A stretch of DNA of 64,000 bases from Coleofasciculus sp. B1-GNL1-01 (GTDB taxonomy: Bacteria > Cyanobacteriota > Cyanobacteriia > Cyanobacteriales > Coleofasciculaceae), in assembly GCA_040220235.1 (NCBI GenBank), contig JAVJTO010000108.1, one strand, 5' to 3'. The translations under genes were made by a program, and so were the position numbers. The stretch's first letter is position 1, and each line of letters starts with the position of its first letter. Positions 18,016 to 28,624 of the stretch are shown here, piece after piece. The notes under the pieces are model-generated. The model did no database searches and was not told the DNA's origin. It saw only the letters and a list, made by a program, of their open reading frames with translations.

Positions 18016-19503
18016 ATGAAGCTCACCGATATTATCCATCACGATATTCTAATTCACTTAGATACCCTGAAAACAGACCCAGAATTAGTCAAGCAAATCC
18101 AAACTCAACTGAATCGTTTAGGATTTTACCCTGGTGGTTCTTGGATCGATGGTGACTATGGTCAGCAGACAGAAAAAGCCATGACTGAGTTCAGTCAATC
18201 GGTCTACCTGAATAACATGGAGACTAAGACGTTTGGCAAAGGCTGGGCGCAAAAACTACTACCTGAGACAGTCAAACCCCTTCCCTCGCTTAAAGACAAA
18301 AATAAAGACACAATTTATCAAAGCTTCTTAAAAGAATCCGTTAAAGGTAGCGTTGACAAACCTGCCCTATTTTATAAAGGTATTGATACCTCTCCTTACA
18401 AAACCCAAATTAAAGATTATGCCGCCCGTCTGATGCAGAAGGCTGATGGCAAAACTTTGGTTTCTGTCACCAAAGACACCGCCCATTTCCAACCTTTCCC
18501 ATCAGTAGGACAACTGCCAGAGATTGATGACCAAGGCTTAAGCTTTTTGCATCCAGAAATTACTGAAGCTTGTTTATGTGTCGGTAGTTTTGCCAACGGA
18601 GACTTCAAAACCAAATGGCTAGGCAGAAATGCTCTGAGTAAAACCGAATTTTGGAGTAGTAGTAAAATTATCCCCATTCTCAATGTCGTCTCTCGCAGCA
18701 ACACCAATGCCTTTCAAACCGATATTGATACCTGTCTGATTCGAGGCAGAGATTTAAGCGGACAATACCGAGAACTCTCTGTCCATAATGTGCTTAAAGA
18801 TATTCTCTCCTACGACTATCGCATTGCCTCATCCAACTCCCTCGCGGCAATGTTAAAACAATTTTCCACACCCGCCGAGTTAGAAAATTGGCTGAAACGG
18901 ATGACTGGAAATCAAGACTTGATTTTCACAGGAAGATATGGCGAAGAACCCTTTATCCCAGAACCCGAATTATCAACGCAATCCCCTCAAGGATTATGGC
19001 GTCCCCGAAACGTGATTCTCACAGGTGTATCAGAACGACATCGCGGCGAAAATACGATTACCGCTTATGATTTAACCCGCATGATCTCGATGTTGGGTTG
19101 GCATTATCACATCCCCCAATCCTCACGCTTACCCGGTGCCCAATGGCATAGTTTAGAATCAGTGATTCGGGCGATGGGTGCAGATGCAGCGCGTTTAACG
19201 GATGTGGCATTAGAGGCACTCGATTTACAGGATAAAATTAGTTCTCCGGTGATTATTTCTAAACTAGGAAATGGGGTGACTCAAATTCGGAATCGGGCGG
19301 AAGCGGTTTATGTGGCATTGGTTCAGTTTATTCAACCCAGTACAATGGGTGTGCCAGAGTTAGTGATGTTTAGCATGGCATTAAAGGGGGCAAAGCGGTT
19401 AGAACCCAGGGATGCGAAGCGTGAGGTGGTGGAATTGGATGCTAGGATGGCGACGGAAGTGACGGAAATTATTCGTCGAGGGGCGTTAGGGGAATTGGGG
19501 TGA
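18016..19503 (+). CDS. Peptidoglycan-binding domain + putative serine beta-lactamase/PBP-like domain
   Basis: VKQIQTQLNRLGFY..IDGDYGQQTEKA (PG_binding_1-like); later SSSK, SSN and KLG in PBP motif order. Confidence 0.65.
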   Translation: MKLTDIIHHDILIHLDTLKTDPELVKQIQTQLNRLGFYPGGSWIDGDYGQQTEKAMTEFSQSVYLNNMETKTFGKGWAQKLLPETVKPLPSLKDKNKDTIYQSFLKESVKGSVDKPALFYKGIDTSPYKTQIKDYAARLMQKADGKTLVSVTKDTAHFQPFPSVGQLPEIDDQGLSFLHPEITEACLCVGSFANGDFKTKWLGRNALSKTEFWSSSKIIPILNVVSRSNTNAFQTDIDTCLIRGRDLSGQYRELSVHNVLKDILSYDYRIASSNSLAAMLKQFSTPAELENWLKRMTGNQDLIFTGRYGEEPFIPEPELSTQSPQGLWRPRNVILTGVSERHRGENTITAYDLTRMISMLGWHYHIPQSSRLPGAQWHSLESVIRAMGADAARLTDVALEALDLQDKISSPVIISKLGNGVTQIRNRAEAVYVALVQFIQPSTMGVPELVMFSMALKGAKRLEPRDAKREVVELDARMATEVTEIIRRGALGELG

Positions 19504-19775
19504 ATTAAGGTTGGTGGGCAATGCCCACCCTACACTATATCAAGGGTTGAATTCCTGATTTTTTATGTATTGACAAAATTGTAAATTTATGAATAATACA
19601 AACCTTTACAGTCTTCTAAGCAAGATCCCCGACTTCTTGGAGAAGTCGGGGATCTGTCTGTGTAGTAAATTTTCCTCAACTTCTCAAGGGCAGCGAGTAG
19701 GCAACAGCTATAACATTCCTCTGAGTCCGATAAAGGATTAGAATTGGGGCATGATACTCATTAGCGATCGCAGAT

Positions 19776-21239
19776 ATGAGCGCAAGTGCAGACATTGTAG
19801 AATTAGCCGACGCCTTAGTCTATACCAAGACTGGGCAGCATCTGAATGATCTGCAACGGTTTATTCTGCGGGAATCATGGCAAGAGACGAAGAAAAACTA
19901 TGACCAAATGGCTCAAGAGTTGGGGTATTCGGAAAGTTATATTAAGCAATCGGTTGCACCTCAGTTATGGAAACTGCTGTCCCAAGGACTAGGAGAAAAA
20001 GTAACAAAGGCTACTGTTCGCTCTGCCCTAGAACGGCAACTGCTGGCTCAAAATCAATCTAAATTTAAAACTGTTATTAATAACACTCTATCATCGATAG
20101 AAACAGGTTCTTCTGATCGTTCAGATGACCTGGATTACTTACCCAACCCGCGTATTACCCCATCAGATCAGATCATCTTGCCATCCGTTGACCTGGAATT
20201 ACCTGATGGTAGTGTTCCCTTAAACTCTCCCTTTTATATCGAGCGAGTTCCCTACGAAGCCCAATGTTATCAGGAACTGCTTAAACCTGGCACGTTGATC
20301 CGAATTAAAGGACCGAGGCAAATTGGCAAAACCTCGTTGGTTAATCGCTTACTCAGTCGGGGTATCGCCAAGGGTTATAAAACGGTCGTTTTAGATTTTC
20401 AGCAAGTCGAAGAAACCGTGATTAGCGACTTAAATAAGATGTTGCGCTGGTTATGTGCTAGCTTGACGCGCCAATTAAAATTAAAGCCGATGCTCAATGA
20501 CTATTGGGATGAAGATTTAGGCAGTAAGATGAGTTGCGCTCTCTATATTCGAGAATATATTTTAGCCGAAATTGATGCTCCGATTGTCTTGGTTTTAGAA
20601 GAATTGAGCCTGATTTTCAAACAGGTGAACATTGTCCAAGAATTTCTCACTCTATTGCGGTCTTGGCATGAGCAAGCTAAAGTTGACCCAATTTGGCAAC
20701 GGTTACGCTTGATACTCATCCAATCAACTGAGGTCTATGTTCCTTTAGATATCAATCAGTCTCCGTTTAATGTCGGGCTGGGCGTTGATTTAGAACCCCT
20801 GAGTCGAGAACAGGTGCAAGACTTGACTCAGCGTCATGGATTGAGATTAGGGGCGGAACAAATCACTCAGCTAATGCAGCTTGTCGGGGGTCATCCTTAT
20901 CTAGTACGGCTGACGTTATACCATTTAGCTAGACAGGATTTAACGTTTGAGGAGATCCTGCAAACAGCCGCAACGGATACGGGAATTTATGCCAACCATC
21001 TGCATCGACATTTATGGACACTGCAACATAATCCTAAACTGGCGGCGGCGTTTAATCAGGTTCTCAGCACTACTGAACCGATTGAGGTGGAACAGGTACA
21101 AGGGTTTAAGCTACACAGTATGGGACTGGTCACTCTTCAGGGCAACCAGGTGAGGCTAAGTTGTGATTTTTATCGATCCTATTTTCGCGATCGCACCATT
21201 AAGTGTCAAGACGCAGACAGTGAGTATAGCAACTGCTAA
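19776..21239 (+). CDS. N-terminal HTH + AAA_35-like P-loop ATPase
   Basis: LNDLQRFIL..YDQMAQELGYSESYIK..LWKLLSQGLGEKVTK; GSVPLNSPFYIER; Walker A GPRQIGKTS; QSPFNVG; GGHPYL. Confidence 0.85.
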   Translation: MSASADIVELADALVYTKTGQHLNDLQRFILRESWQETKKNYDQMAQELGYSESYIKQSVAPQLWKLLSQGLGEKVTKATVRSALERQLLAQNQSKFKTVINNTLSSIETGSSDRSDDLDYLPNPRITPSDQIILPSVDLELPDGSVPLNSPFYIERVPYEAQCYQELLKPGTLIRIKGPRQIGKTSLVNRLLSRGIAKGYKTVVLDFQQVEETVISDLNKMLRWLCASLTRQLKLKPMLNDYWDEDLGSKMSCALYIREYILAEIDAPIVLVLEELSLIFKQVNIVQEFLTLLRSWHEQAKVDPIWQRLRLILIQSTEVYVPLDINQSPFNVGLGVDLEPLSREQVQDLTQRHGLRLGAEQITQLMQLVGGHPYLVRLTLYHLARQDLTFEEILQTAATDTGIYANHLHRHLWTLQHNPKLAAAFNQVLSTTEPIEVEQVQGFKLHSMGLVTLQGNQVRLSCDFYRSYFRDRTIKCQDADSEYSNC

Positions 21240-21265
21240 GACGGTTAGGACACATCATTTATGTA

Positions 21266-21503
21266 GGGCTTGCTGCATAAGCGTGTAAGGTAGACCAGAT
21301 AAGGGTTTCCAGCCATTTTTCGACCCAACAAGTGCCAGGTTTTTACACTATAACCGTCTTGCATCCTGGAATTTTCGCCGACAACAGCACCAAATTTCAC
21401 CTCGACAGAGGGTCAACATCGAGCGAAGTCGAGATGTTAAAACCATTGCCCATTGCCTATTCCCTATTGCCTCTCCCCACCACAAGACTTATTCAGCAGC
21501 CCC
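21266..21503. mobile_element. MITE family C nested in a TATAGC/REP element
   Basis: Ends gggcttgctgcataag / cttattcagcagcccc; TATGTA duplicated at 21260-21265 and 21504-21509; the empty host element is seen at 8878 and 40713. Confidence 0.8.
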
Positions 21504-21777
21504 TATGTAGAGACGCGCCATGGCGCGTCTATAACAGCAGAGGAGTTCCAGAGGTGTTGTGATAGGGTGCGTCTGGAGAGAAGAACCAGAAATGACGAAG
21601 TTTTCGAGAAAGTTATTACTTTTTCGATATTGACAAAAACAACAAATAATGCATAAAGCTTAAAGCCAATCAAGAATTAGTCAATTTTTAGGAATTTTTC
21701 TGTATTTTTAGATGCAAATTTAACTGTTATTCTTGATTTAGTCAAGTTAAAGCCGTAGTGATTGAAGCAAATCCTAT

Positions 21778-22209
21778 ATGGATATGGACAATAAACATAT
21801 AGAAAGAAAAATTCAAGCGTTAGATGAGTGGATTAAAAACAATTCGGATTCCAGAGAATTGAAAAGGGCTATGGCGGTCAAACTAACTCTTCGAGGATGG
21901 AAGTATAGCTCAATTACTCAATGTCTCAATGTATCGAATGGCTTTATCAGTAAATGGAATAAGCGGTTTAACGAATTTGGACTAGATGGTCTGAAATTAT
22001 CTTACAAAGGCTCTAGTGGTTATTTGACAAAACAGCAGAAGCAAGATGTAATAAATTGGTTAAATCAAGACGACAATCATGGTTTAGAGAAGGTTAAACG
22101 TTATTTAAGGGAGAAATATGATATCAATTTTAAATCCAACTCAAGCTACTATAATTTAATCAAAGAAGCACAAAACTGTTTCCTTCAGTTCTCTGCGGAG
22201 TATTTCTAA
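21778..22209 (+). CDS. IS630-family transposase N-terminal HTH region only (no DDE domain)
   Basis: RELKRAMAVKL..ITQCLNVSNGFISKW..GLDGLKLSYKGSSGYLT..YDINFKSNSSYY; no catalytic ORF follows. Confidence 0.75.
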   Translation: MDMDNKHIERKIQALDEWIKNNSDSRELKRAMAVKLTLRGWKYSSITQCLNVSNGFISKWNKRFNEFGLDGLKLSYKGSSGYLTKQQKQDVINWLNQDDNHGLEKVKRYLREKYDINFKSNSSYYNLIKEAQNCFLQFSAEYF

Positions 22210-22316
22210 CGGTTGTAGGACTTACACATTGATAAAATAAATACAGCAGATTTCAGGTTGATGAGGTACAGTCTTCTAAGCAAGATCCCCTTAATGAATG
22301 TGATCGCCTTTTATTT

Positions 22317-22964
22317 CTAATCTGACTGCTGTTCTCTCACCCAAGTCCGAAACGCCCGTAATGTTGCGGTTTCTCCATCCGCTAAACTTTGCCGAATAAA
22401 CCGAGGAATTGCTGCTAAAGATAGCCATGGAAACGTCGGACTTTTCTCCACAGATTGATAACTCGTTGATTCTGGAGATAAAACAAATACATCGAGTTTA
22501 CGTCCATCATAACGCCACAGTTCTGGTACACCAATTGCGGCATAAATTGGTAGTTTATCCATAGAACCACTGGTAATATCAATCTCTAAGACTAGATCGG
22601 GTGGCGGGTCATTCGCCAAATTAATCTCTTGTTTATGTCTAACCTTGGGTTCATTTTGGATGTAGTAACAGGAGTCAGGTTCTCCCCCTTTTTGTCGTTT
22701 TTCTCGCTTCAGAGTGAGAGAACCAAACCGTTTGAGGTTGAGATTTAATTCATCCGCGATCGCGCCAATTAAGCTTTCAATAAAGCGGTTATTATTTTCA
22801 TGAGATCCTAAGGACGTGATGATTTCTAATACTCCGTCATTATAAGCCAAACGAGCGCAGCGTTTTTCCCCTAAGTCTGCAAGTAACCGCTCAAACGTTT
22901 GCCAACTGATATTTGACAGAATGACCCGATGTTCGGCTAGTTCAAACGTAGCTGTTGTCATCAC
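22317..22964 (-). CDS. Uma2 family endonuclease
   Basis: ISWQTFERLL..RLAYNDGVLEI..GEPDSCYYI..PPPDLVLEIDIT..YAAIGVPELWRYDG. Confidence 0.9.
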   Translation of the reverse strand: MMTTATFELAEHRVILSNISWQTFERLLADLGEKRCARLAYNDGVLEIITSLGSHENNNRFIESLIGAIADELNLNLKRFGSLTLKREKRQKGGEPDSCYYIQNEPKVRHKQEINLANDPPPDLVLEIDITSGSMDKLPIYAAIGVPELWRYDGRKLDVFVLSPESTSYQSVEKSPTFPWLSLAAIPRFIRQSLADGETATLRAFRTWVREQQSD

Positions 22965-23184
22965 CTATTCCTGACAAAATTATCCCTTTTGTAGGGGTGT
23001 AAAAATGAAAGTAATAATTGGGTAAAAATGGACTTTTTCCTTGTAATGGTATAGCTTCCCGCTTAATTCAGCAAGTCCCTAAGATGAGTGCCCCATCCCT
23101 CTACCTTCTCCATTGCCCTTGTTCTTTTCCATTCTTGGAGTATTATTAGAGTTGGGATTTGCCAGAAGCAGGGGGCTAGGATTG

Positions 23185-26100
23185 ATGACTATAATCATGT
23201 TTCTCAAACAGGGGCGATCGCTGACCTTCCCGTTAGTCTGGCTAACCCTTTTCAATCCGGCGGTTCAGGCTCAGTTAATTCCCGATAATACCTTAGGCAC
23301 AGAAGCCTCTATCGTTACTCCTCAAGAGGCGCGAGACTTAATTGAAGGTGGGGCAAAGCGTGGGAGTAACTTGTTCCATAGTTTTAGTGAGTTTAACGTT
23401 AGTTTCGACCAACAGGTTTACTTTGCCAATCCGGAGGGCATCGCGAATATCCTCACGCGAGTTACAGGTGATCACCGCTCAAATATCTTCGGCACTTTAG
23501 GTGTTGATGGCAATGCCAACCTCTTTTTACTCAATCCCAATGGCATTCTTTTTGGTGCAGATGCCCAATTAGATGTAGGGGGTTCATTTGTGGCGAGTAC
23601 CGCAGATGGGATCAAATTGGGAAACGATGGTGTGTTTCGGGCGAAAAATCCCCAAGATAGTCAACTGTTGGCAATTCAACCGGGTGTTTTATTTTTAGAC
23701 GCCCTGCGCCAACAGCAAGCCGAGATTCGGAATCAGGGAAATTTAAGCGTCGGTGCAGGAGAAACCCTGAGGCTAGATGGGGATAGGGTGATTAGTACAG
23801 GTTCATTGACCGCTCCTGGCGGTACGATTCAGGTATTCGGGGAGGAGGTTCAGTTATTAGAAACTGCCAAAATTGATGTGTCTGCGTCCACAGGTGGCGG
23901 TAGCGTAGCAATTGGTACCGGGGAACAAGTGACTATTGATTCAGGGGTACAAATTCACGCTGATTCCCTAAATCAGGGGGATGGCGGTAGCGTAATTATT
24001 CGGGCGAATGGAACCACACAATTTGAGGGAACCATTACCGCCCGTGGTGCGAGTGATAATCCTCAATCTAATGGGGGTTTTGTAGACGTATCTGGTGGAT
24101 ATTTAGAGTTTACCGGAATCGTGGATACGACAGCACCTTTGGGAGACGTGGGTACCCTGTTACTCGACCCGAAAAATATTTGGATTCAAGCGGATGGAAG
24201 TGACCCAGCCGAGGGACAAACCTTTGAGACGAATCCAACAGAGGTATCGATTATTAATGGTAATGTGCTTGGCTCGGCTCTCGCCACTAACTCCGTCACG
24301 TTACAGGCAAATAATGATATTGCCATTAACCAGAGTATTTTTAGCCCATCAAGCAATAGTTTAACGTTACAGGCAGGACGTTCGATTACCATTGCCGATA
24401 ACTTGCTAATCCTTCTCGATGGTGGAGACTTTATTGCCAAAATTAATGACGAAAATGCGATCGCGTCTCAACGGGATGCTGGAGTCGCTCAGTTTTTGAT
24501 GAATCCGGATTCTACTCTGACATCCCTTGGGGGGAGGATCGAGATTACCTCCGGAACCTTTGCCGATACCAGTCAAATTAACACGGCTAATAGTACAATC
24601 AGCAGCGCCGATGTTTTGGGCAATAGTGGCAGAAGTGGTGATATTAGTCTCTTTGCCCTGGGTAATGTCACCACAGGGCTTGTCAATACTGGACGAACCA
24701 TTGGCGGGGATGTCGTAGCGAACAATGGCGGTAATATCACCATTAAAAGTGAAAATGGGGCGATCGCGACCACGGATTTTGTGACGAGCGATGGGATCAA
24801 TCAAGCAGGGAATGTTTTACTGGAGGCTAGCGGGAATCTGAGTGTTGATGAGAATATCACCTCAACCTCAACTGAAGGCATAGGCGGAAATATTACCCTG
24901 AACAGTGAAAAGGGGGCGATCACGACCTCCGCCATGCTGATCAGCGATAGTCTAAATCAGGCTGGTGATATCTCACTCGATGCTAGCGGAAATCTTGATA
25001 TTAACGGGAATATCAGTTCCAGGGGAGAAATCGGCGGGAACATTACCCTCAACAGTCAAAATGGCGCGATCGCAACTACGGCGTCTCTAGTGAGTGATGG
25101 TATCACTCAAGCGGGAACAATTTCTGTTGATGCCGCCGGAACCCTAACTACGATGGAAACTATTATTGCCAATTCCCAGAATCAAGCTGGTGATATCTCA
25201 CTCCATGCGATCGGGGATGTCAGTATTAACCGGAATATCAACGCAATGGGAGAAATTGGCGGGAATATTACCCTGAGAAGTGAAAATGGAGGGATCACCA
25301 CTACAGCAGCTCTGGTTAGCAATAGTTTAAATCAAGGCGGAGATATCTCTGTTGAGGCTCACGAGAATCTGAGTATTAACCAGAATATCGCCTCAAGGGG
25401 AGAAATCGGTGGGAACATTACCCTCAAAAGTGAAAATGGGGCAATCACTACTACAGCAGCTCTGGTTAGCGAGGGTATCAATCAAGCGGGTGATATCTCT
25501 GTTGATGCAGCCGGAGATCTAAATACGATGGGAAATATTGTTGCCAATTCCGAGAATCAAGCTGGAGATCTTTCACTCAATGCGATCGGGGATCTGAGTG
25601 TTAATAAAACCATCGCATCGGATGGCAATTTTGCCGGACAAATCACGCTTAACAGTGGTGGACTGTTTTGGCATAGAGGAAATACTATCACCAACAGTGG
25701 CAGACTTCCTGGCGTGGCAAAAGGAATTACGATTACCGCTCAATCTATCCTTGTTGAAGAAGATGCGTCTATTTTTTCCTTTGCCTTCAATGAAGCTCAA
25801 GGAGGAATGGTACAGATTAATGCTGCTGATGACATAGTGATTCGGAATAGTAATATTGGGACGGCGGCTGCTCCTGTTCCGGGTAGTGCTGAAATGAGTA
25901 GTGCTGACGCGGGGGATATCAACCTAAATACTCGTCGATTAACGATTATCCAAGACCCTGAGACAACATTCCCATTTGGCGTTGGGGTTGGTTCTAATAC
26001 CGATCCAAGCAACAGTGGTAATGCCGGAAATGTCACGATTAATGCCACGGAGTCTGTCGAAATTATTGGAAATCAACCGGGTGCGTTTAATCCAAATCCT

Positions 26101-28161
26101 GTTGAATTGGCTCAAATCCCCTTGCAAGGAGATACAGGAATCTCCACATCAGCTTTAGGTAGTGGGAACTCTGGCAATTTAACAATTAATACCGGACGAT
26201 TATCCATTCGCGACGGTGGCGGAATTACTACCTTTGTCAACCGGGGTGAGGGGGGAGATTTAACCGTCAATGCGACAGACATCGTTTTACAAGGAGAGGG
26301 TGGTATCGGTACAGGAACCTTAGGTGAAGATGCTGGGGATTTAACCCTGACGGCGGAGAACGTCTCTCTTTCCGACGGCGTTTTGATTAGCACGTCTACA
26401 GGGCGGTATGGAAATGCTGGAGACTTAACCTTAGATGTGCGTCATTTGAGCATTCGCAATGGTGCTGGCGTCCTCGGAAATACCGGAGCAGATGGCAATG
26501 GGGGACAATTGACGATTAAAAATGCTGAGTTGATTGAAGTGATTGGCAGGTCGGCAGATGGCAGTTTTGCCAGTTCCATTGCCACGGATTTATTTTCGCC
26601 GAATGAATCAGGTAATGCTGGCGATATAGATATTACTAGCCAAGACTTGATTGTCCGACAAGGTGGGGAGATCACATCAGCAACCCGGGGTTTCGGAGAA
26701 GGCGGCACTATTCGATTGAATCTAGAGAATTTACAACTGAATAATGGTCGAATTAATGCCTCGACATCAAGATCCGGGAATGGTGGGGATATTCGGATTC
26801 GCGCTTCAGAATCCGTTGAAGTCACGGGTGCAGGATTTGAGGCGTTGCAAGAGCAATTTGTGCGTCCGGCGTTTGCAGATACGCTTACTCTGGAGAATTT
26901 TAGTCAGGGAATTGTCACGGTTACAGATGGAGAAGGAGCAGCGGGTAATGTTTTCATTGAAACCCCACATTTTATTGCCCGTGATGGTGGATTGATTGCC
27001 ACTACTACGCTGAGTCAAGGTAGGGGGGGAAATCTTCAGATTGATGCCACAAATCGGATCGAATTAGACAATTCTTTGTTAGGTGCAGGAACCTTTGATC
27101 AGGCGGAATCGGGCAATGTTACTCTAACCACTTCTCGGCTGGTTGCACGAGGGGGAGCGCAGGTATTAACCACCACCTTTGATTCTGGGCAAGCTGGGGA
27201 TTTAAATGTAAATGTGTCAGAATTGATTGAACTGTCTGACCCCACGAATGAAGGAACTCTCATCGGTACAGGTTTATTTGCCTCCTCAACTGAAGCCGCA
27301 TCTGGTGATGGGGGAGATATCAATATTAATAGTCCCACGAGTGAATTAAATATTCGCGATCGCGCGGCAGTGTCGGTGAGTGCTACAGGGACAGGTAATG
27401 CTGGCGATATCAATGTTGATGTCCGCTCTCTTTTCTTAGATCAAGGGTCAATTACAGCAACGAGTTTATCAGGGGAAGGGGGTAATATCAACCTCAAGGT
27501 AGCTGAGACGTTTATCTTGCGAAATAATAGTCAACTGTCCACCCGTGCTGGAACGGAATCCAGTGGCGGTGGCAATGGGGGAGATCTGATAGTTGATGCT
27601 AATTTTATTGTGGGAGTGCTGTCGGAAAATAGTGACATTATCGCCAATGCTTTTGAAGGAAATGGCGGCAATATTACGATTACTACTCAAAGTATTTTAG
27701 GGTTGCAAGTGAGCGAAATGTTAACCCCCAACAGTGATATTATTGCCAGTTCAGAATTAGGAATTGATGGTCGAATTGTGATTAATACGCCGAATATCGA
27801 CCCCTCACGAGGGTTAATTGAACTGCCCTCAACTTTCTCTGATCCCTCTGGGCAAATCATTTCCGGCTGTCCGGCGGATACAGGCGATCGCTTTGTAGTC
27901 ACGGGACGCGGTGGAATTCCCCATTCTCCCAGTCAATACCTGTCTGGACGGGCAATTTGGGAAGATACCCGAGGGTTATCCCGTCAGAATTCGCCATCCT
28001 CAACTCCTACTAATTCTCAGCTATCCCAAACTGATACTCAACCTTTAATTGAAGCCCAAGGTTGGGTTATTGACAAGAATGGCACAGTTATTCTTACGGC
28101 TGAACCGTATCGGGGAAAACGAGTGAATATTGGCATGGATTTTCGTAGCTGTGGCAATTAA
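23185..28161 (+). CDS. Filamentous haemagglutinin-family (TpsA-like) exoprotein
   Basis: Signal peptide ..PAVQA-QLIPDNTLG; TPS domain NLFHSFSEFNV..NLFLLNPNGILFG; many GGNITL beta-helix repeats; C-terminal FVVTGRGGIP..IEAQGW. Start ATG 23185 or 23197 (track 23113). Confidence 0.92.
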   Translation: MTIIMFLKQGRSLTFPLVWLTLFNPAVQAQLIPDNTLGTEASIVTPQEARDLIEGGAKRGSNLFHSFSEFNVSFDQQVYFANPEGIANILTRVTGDHRSNIFGTLGVDGNANLFLLNPNGILFGADAQLDVGGSFVASTADGIKLGNDGVFRAKNPQDSQLLAIQPGVLFLDALRQQQAEIRNQGNLSVGAGETLRLDGDRVISTGSLTAPGGTIQVFGEEVQLLETAKIDVSASTGGGSVAIGTGEQVTIDSGVQIHADSLNQGDGGSVIIRANGTTQFEGTITARGASDNPQSNGGFVDVSGGYLEFTGIVDTTAPLGDVGTLLLDPKNIWIQADGSDPAEGQTFETNPTEVSIINGNVLGSALATNSVTLQANNDIAINQSIFSPSSNSLTLQAGRSITIADNLLILLDGGDFIAKINDENAIASQRDAGVAQFLMNPDSTLTSLGGRIEITSGTFADTSQINTANSTISSADVLGNSGRSGDISLFALGNVTTGLVNTGRTIGGDVVANNGGNITIKSENGAIATTDFVTSDGINQAGNVLLEASGNLSVDENITSTSTEGIGGNITLNSEKGAITTSAMLISDSLNQAGDISLDASGNLDINGNISSRGEIGGNITLNSQNGAIATTASLVSDGITQAGTISVDAAGTLTTMETIIANSQNQAGDISLHAIGDVSINRNINAMGEIGGNITLRSENGGITTTAALVSNSLNQGGDISVEAHENLSINQNIASRGEIGGNITLKSENGAITTTAALVSEGINQAGDISVDAAGDLNTMGNIVANSENQAGDLSLNAIGDLSVNKTIASDGNFAGQITLNSGGLFWHRGNTITNSGRLPGVAKGITITAQSILVEEDASIFSFAFNEAQGGMVQINAADDIVIRNSNIGTAAAPVPGSAEMSSADAGDINLNTRRLTIIQDPETTFPFGVGVGSNTDPSNSGNAGNVTINATESVEIIGNQPGAFNPNPVELAQIPLQGDTGISTSALGSGNSGNLTINTGRLSIRDGGGITTFVNRGEGGDLTVNATDIVLQGEGGIGTGTLGEDAGDLTLTAENVSLSDGVLISTSTGRYGNAGDLTLDVRHLSIRNGAGVLGNTGADGNGGQLTIKNAELIEVIGRSADGSFASSIATDLFSPNESGNAGDIDITSQDLIVRQGGEITSATRGFGEGGTIRLNLENLQLNNGRINASTSRSGNGGDIRIRASESVEVTGAGFEALQEQFVRPAFADTLTLENFSQGIVTVTDGEGAAGNVFIETPHFIARDGGLIATTTLSQGRGGNLQIDATNRIELDNSLLGAGTFDQAESGNVTLTTSRLVARGGAQVLTTTFDSGQAGDLNVNVSELIELSDPTNEGTLIGTGLFASSTEAASGDGGDININSPTSELNIRDRAAVSVSATGTGNAGDINVDVRSLFLDQGSITATSLSGEGGNINLKVAETFILRNNSQLSTRAGTESSGGGNGGDLIVDANFIVGVLSENSDIIANAFEGNGGNITITTQSILGLQVSEMLTPNSDIIASSELGIDGRIVINTPNIDPSRGLIELPSTFSDPSGQIISGCPADTGDRFVVTGRGGIPHSPSQYLSGRAIWEDTRGLSRQNSPSSTPTNSQLSQTDTQPLIEAQGWVIDKNGTVILTAEPYRGKRVNIGMDFRSCGN

Positions 28162-28246
28162 TAGTACACAATGAACGATGTAGCTAGCTTAGACAACAAT
28201 CGTAATAATAAGGTACGATAAAAATAGATTATAAAGGGCTGTAAAT

Positions 28247-28624
28247 ATGGCTTCAGTATCCAATCAACCCAAAAAAGTTATCCGTACAGAACGAGGACTT
28301 GTAATCGCAGGAACTCGCATCACAGTGTACCAATTTATGGACTATATTTATGGGGGATATGCGCGATCACTCATCCGACAGCATTTTCCCCAAATTACGG
28401 ATGAACAATTTGAGGCAGCCATGTCCTACATCGAAACCAATAGGGCTGAAGTTGAAACCGAATATCAAATGGTTGTGAAAAATGACGAAGAAATTCGACA
28501 GTACTGGGAAAAGCAAAATCGTGAATGCTTTGCTCAAATTGCCAAACTACCGCCGCCACCAGGTCAAGAAACAGCCTGGGCAAAGCTTCAAGCCGCGAAA
28601 GCCAGACTTGAATCTAAGTCATGA
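28247..28624 (+). CDS. DUF433 putative antitoxin
   Basis: IRTERGLVIAGTRITVYQFMDY..AAMSYIE. Confidence 0.85.
   Translation: MASVSNQPKKVIRTERGLVIAGTRITVYQFMDYIYGGYARSLIRQHFPQITDEQFEAAMSYIETNRAEVETEYQMVVKNDEEIRQYWEKQNRECFAQIAKLPPPPGQETAWAKLQAAKARLESKS

Noticed and set aside
19607..22290. 24-bp direct repeat tacagtcttctaagcaagatcccc (19607-19630 and 22267-22290) as att sites
   Set aside because: No integrase is present, and the first copy runs into a REP palindrome; it is more simply a dispersed repeat family.
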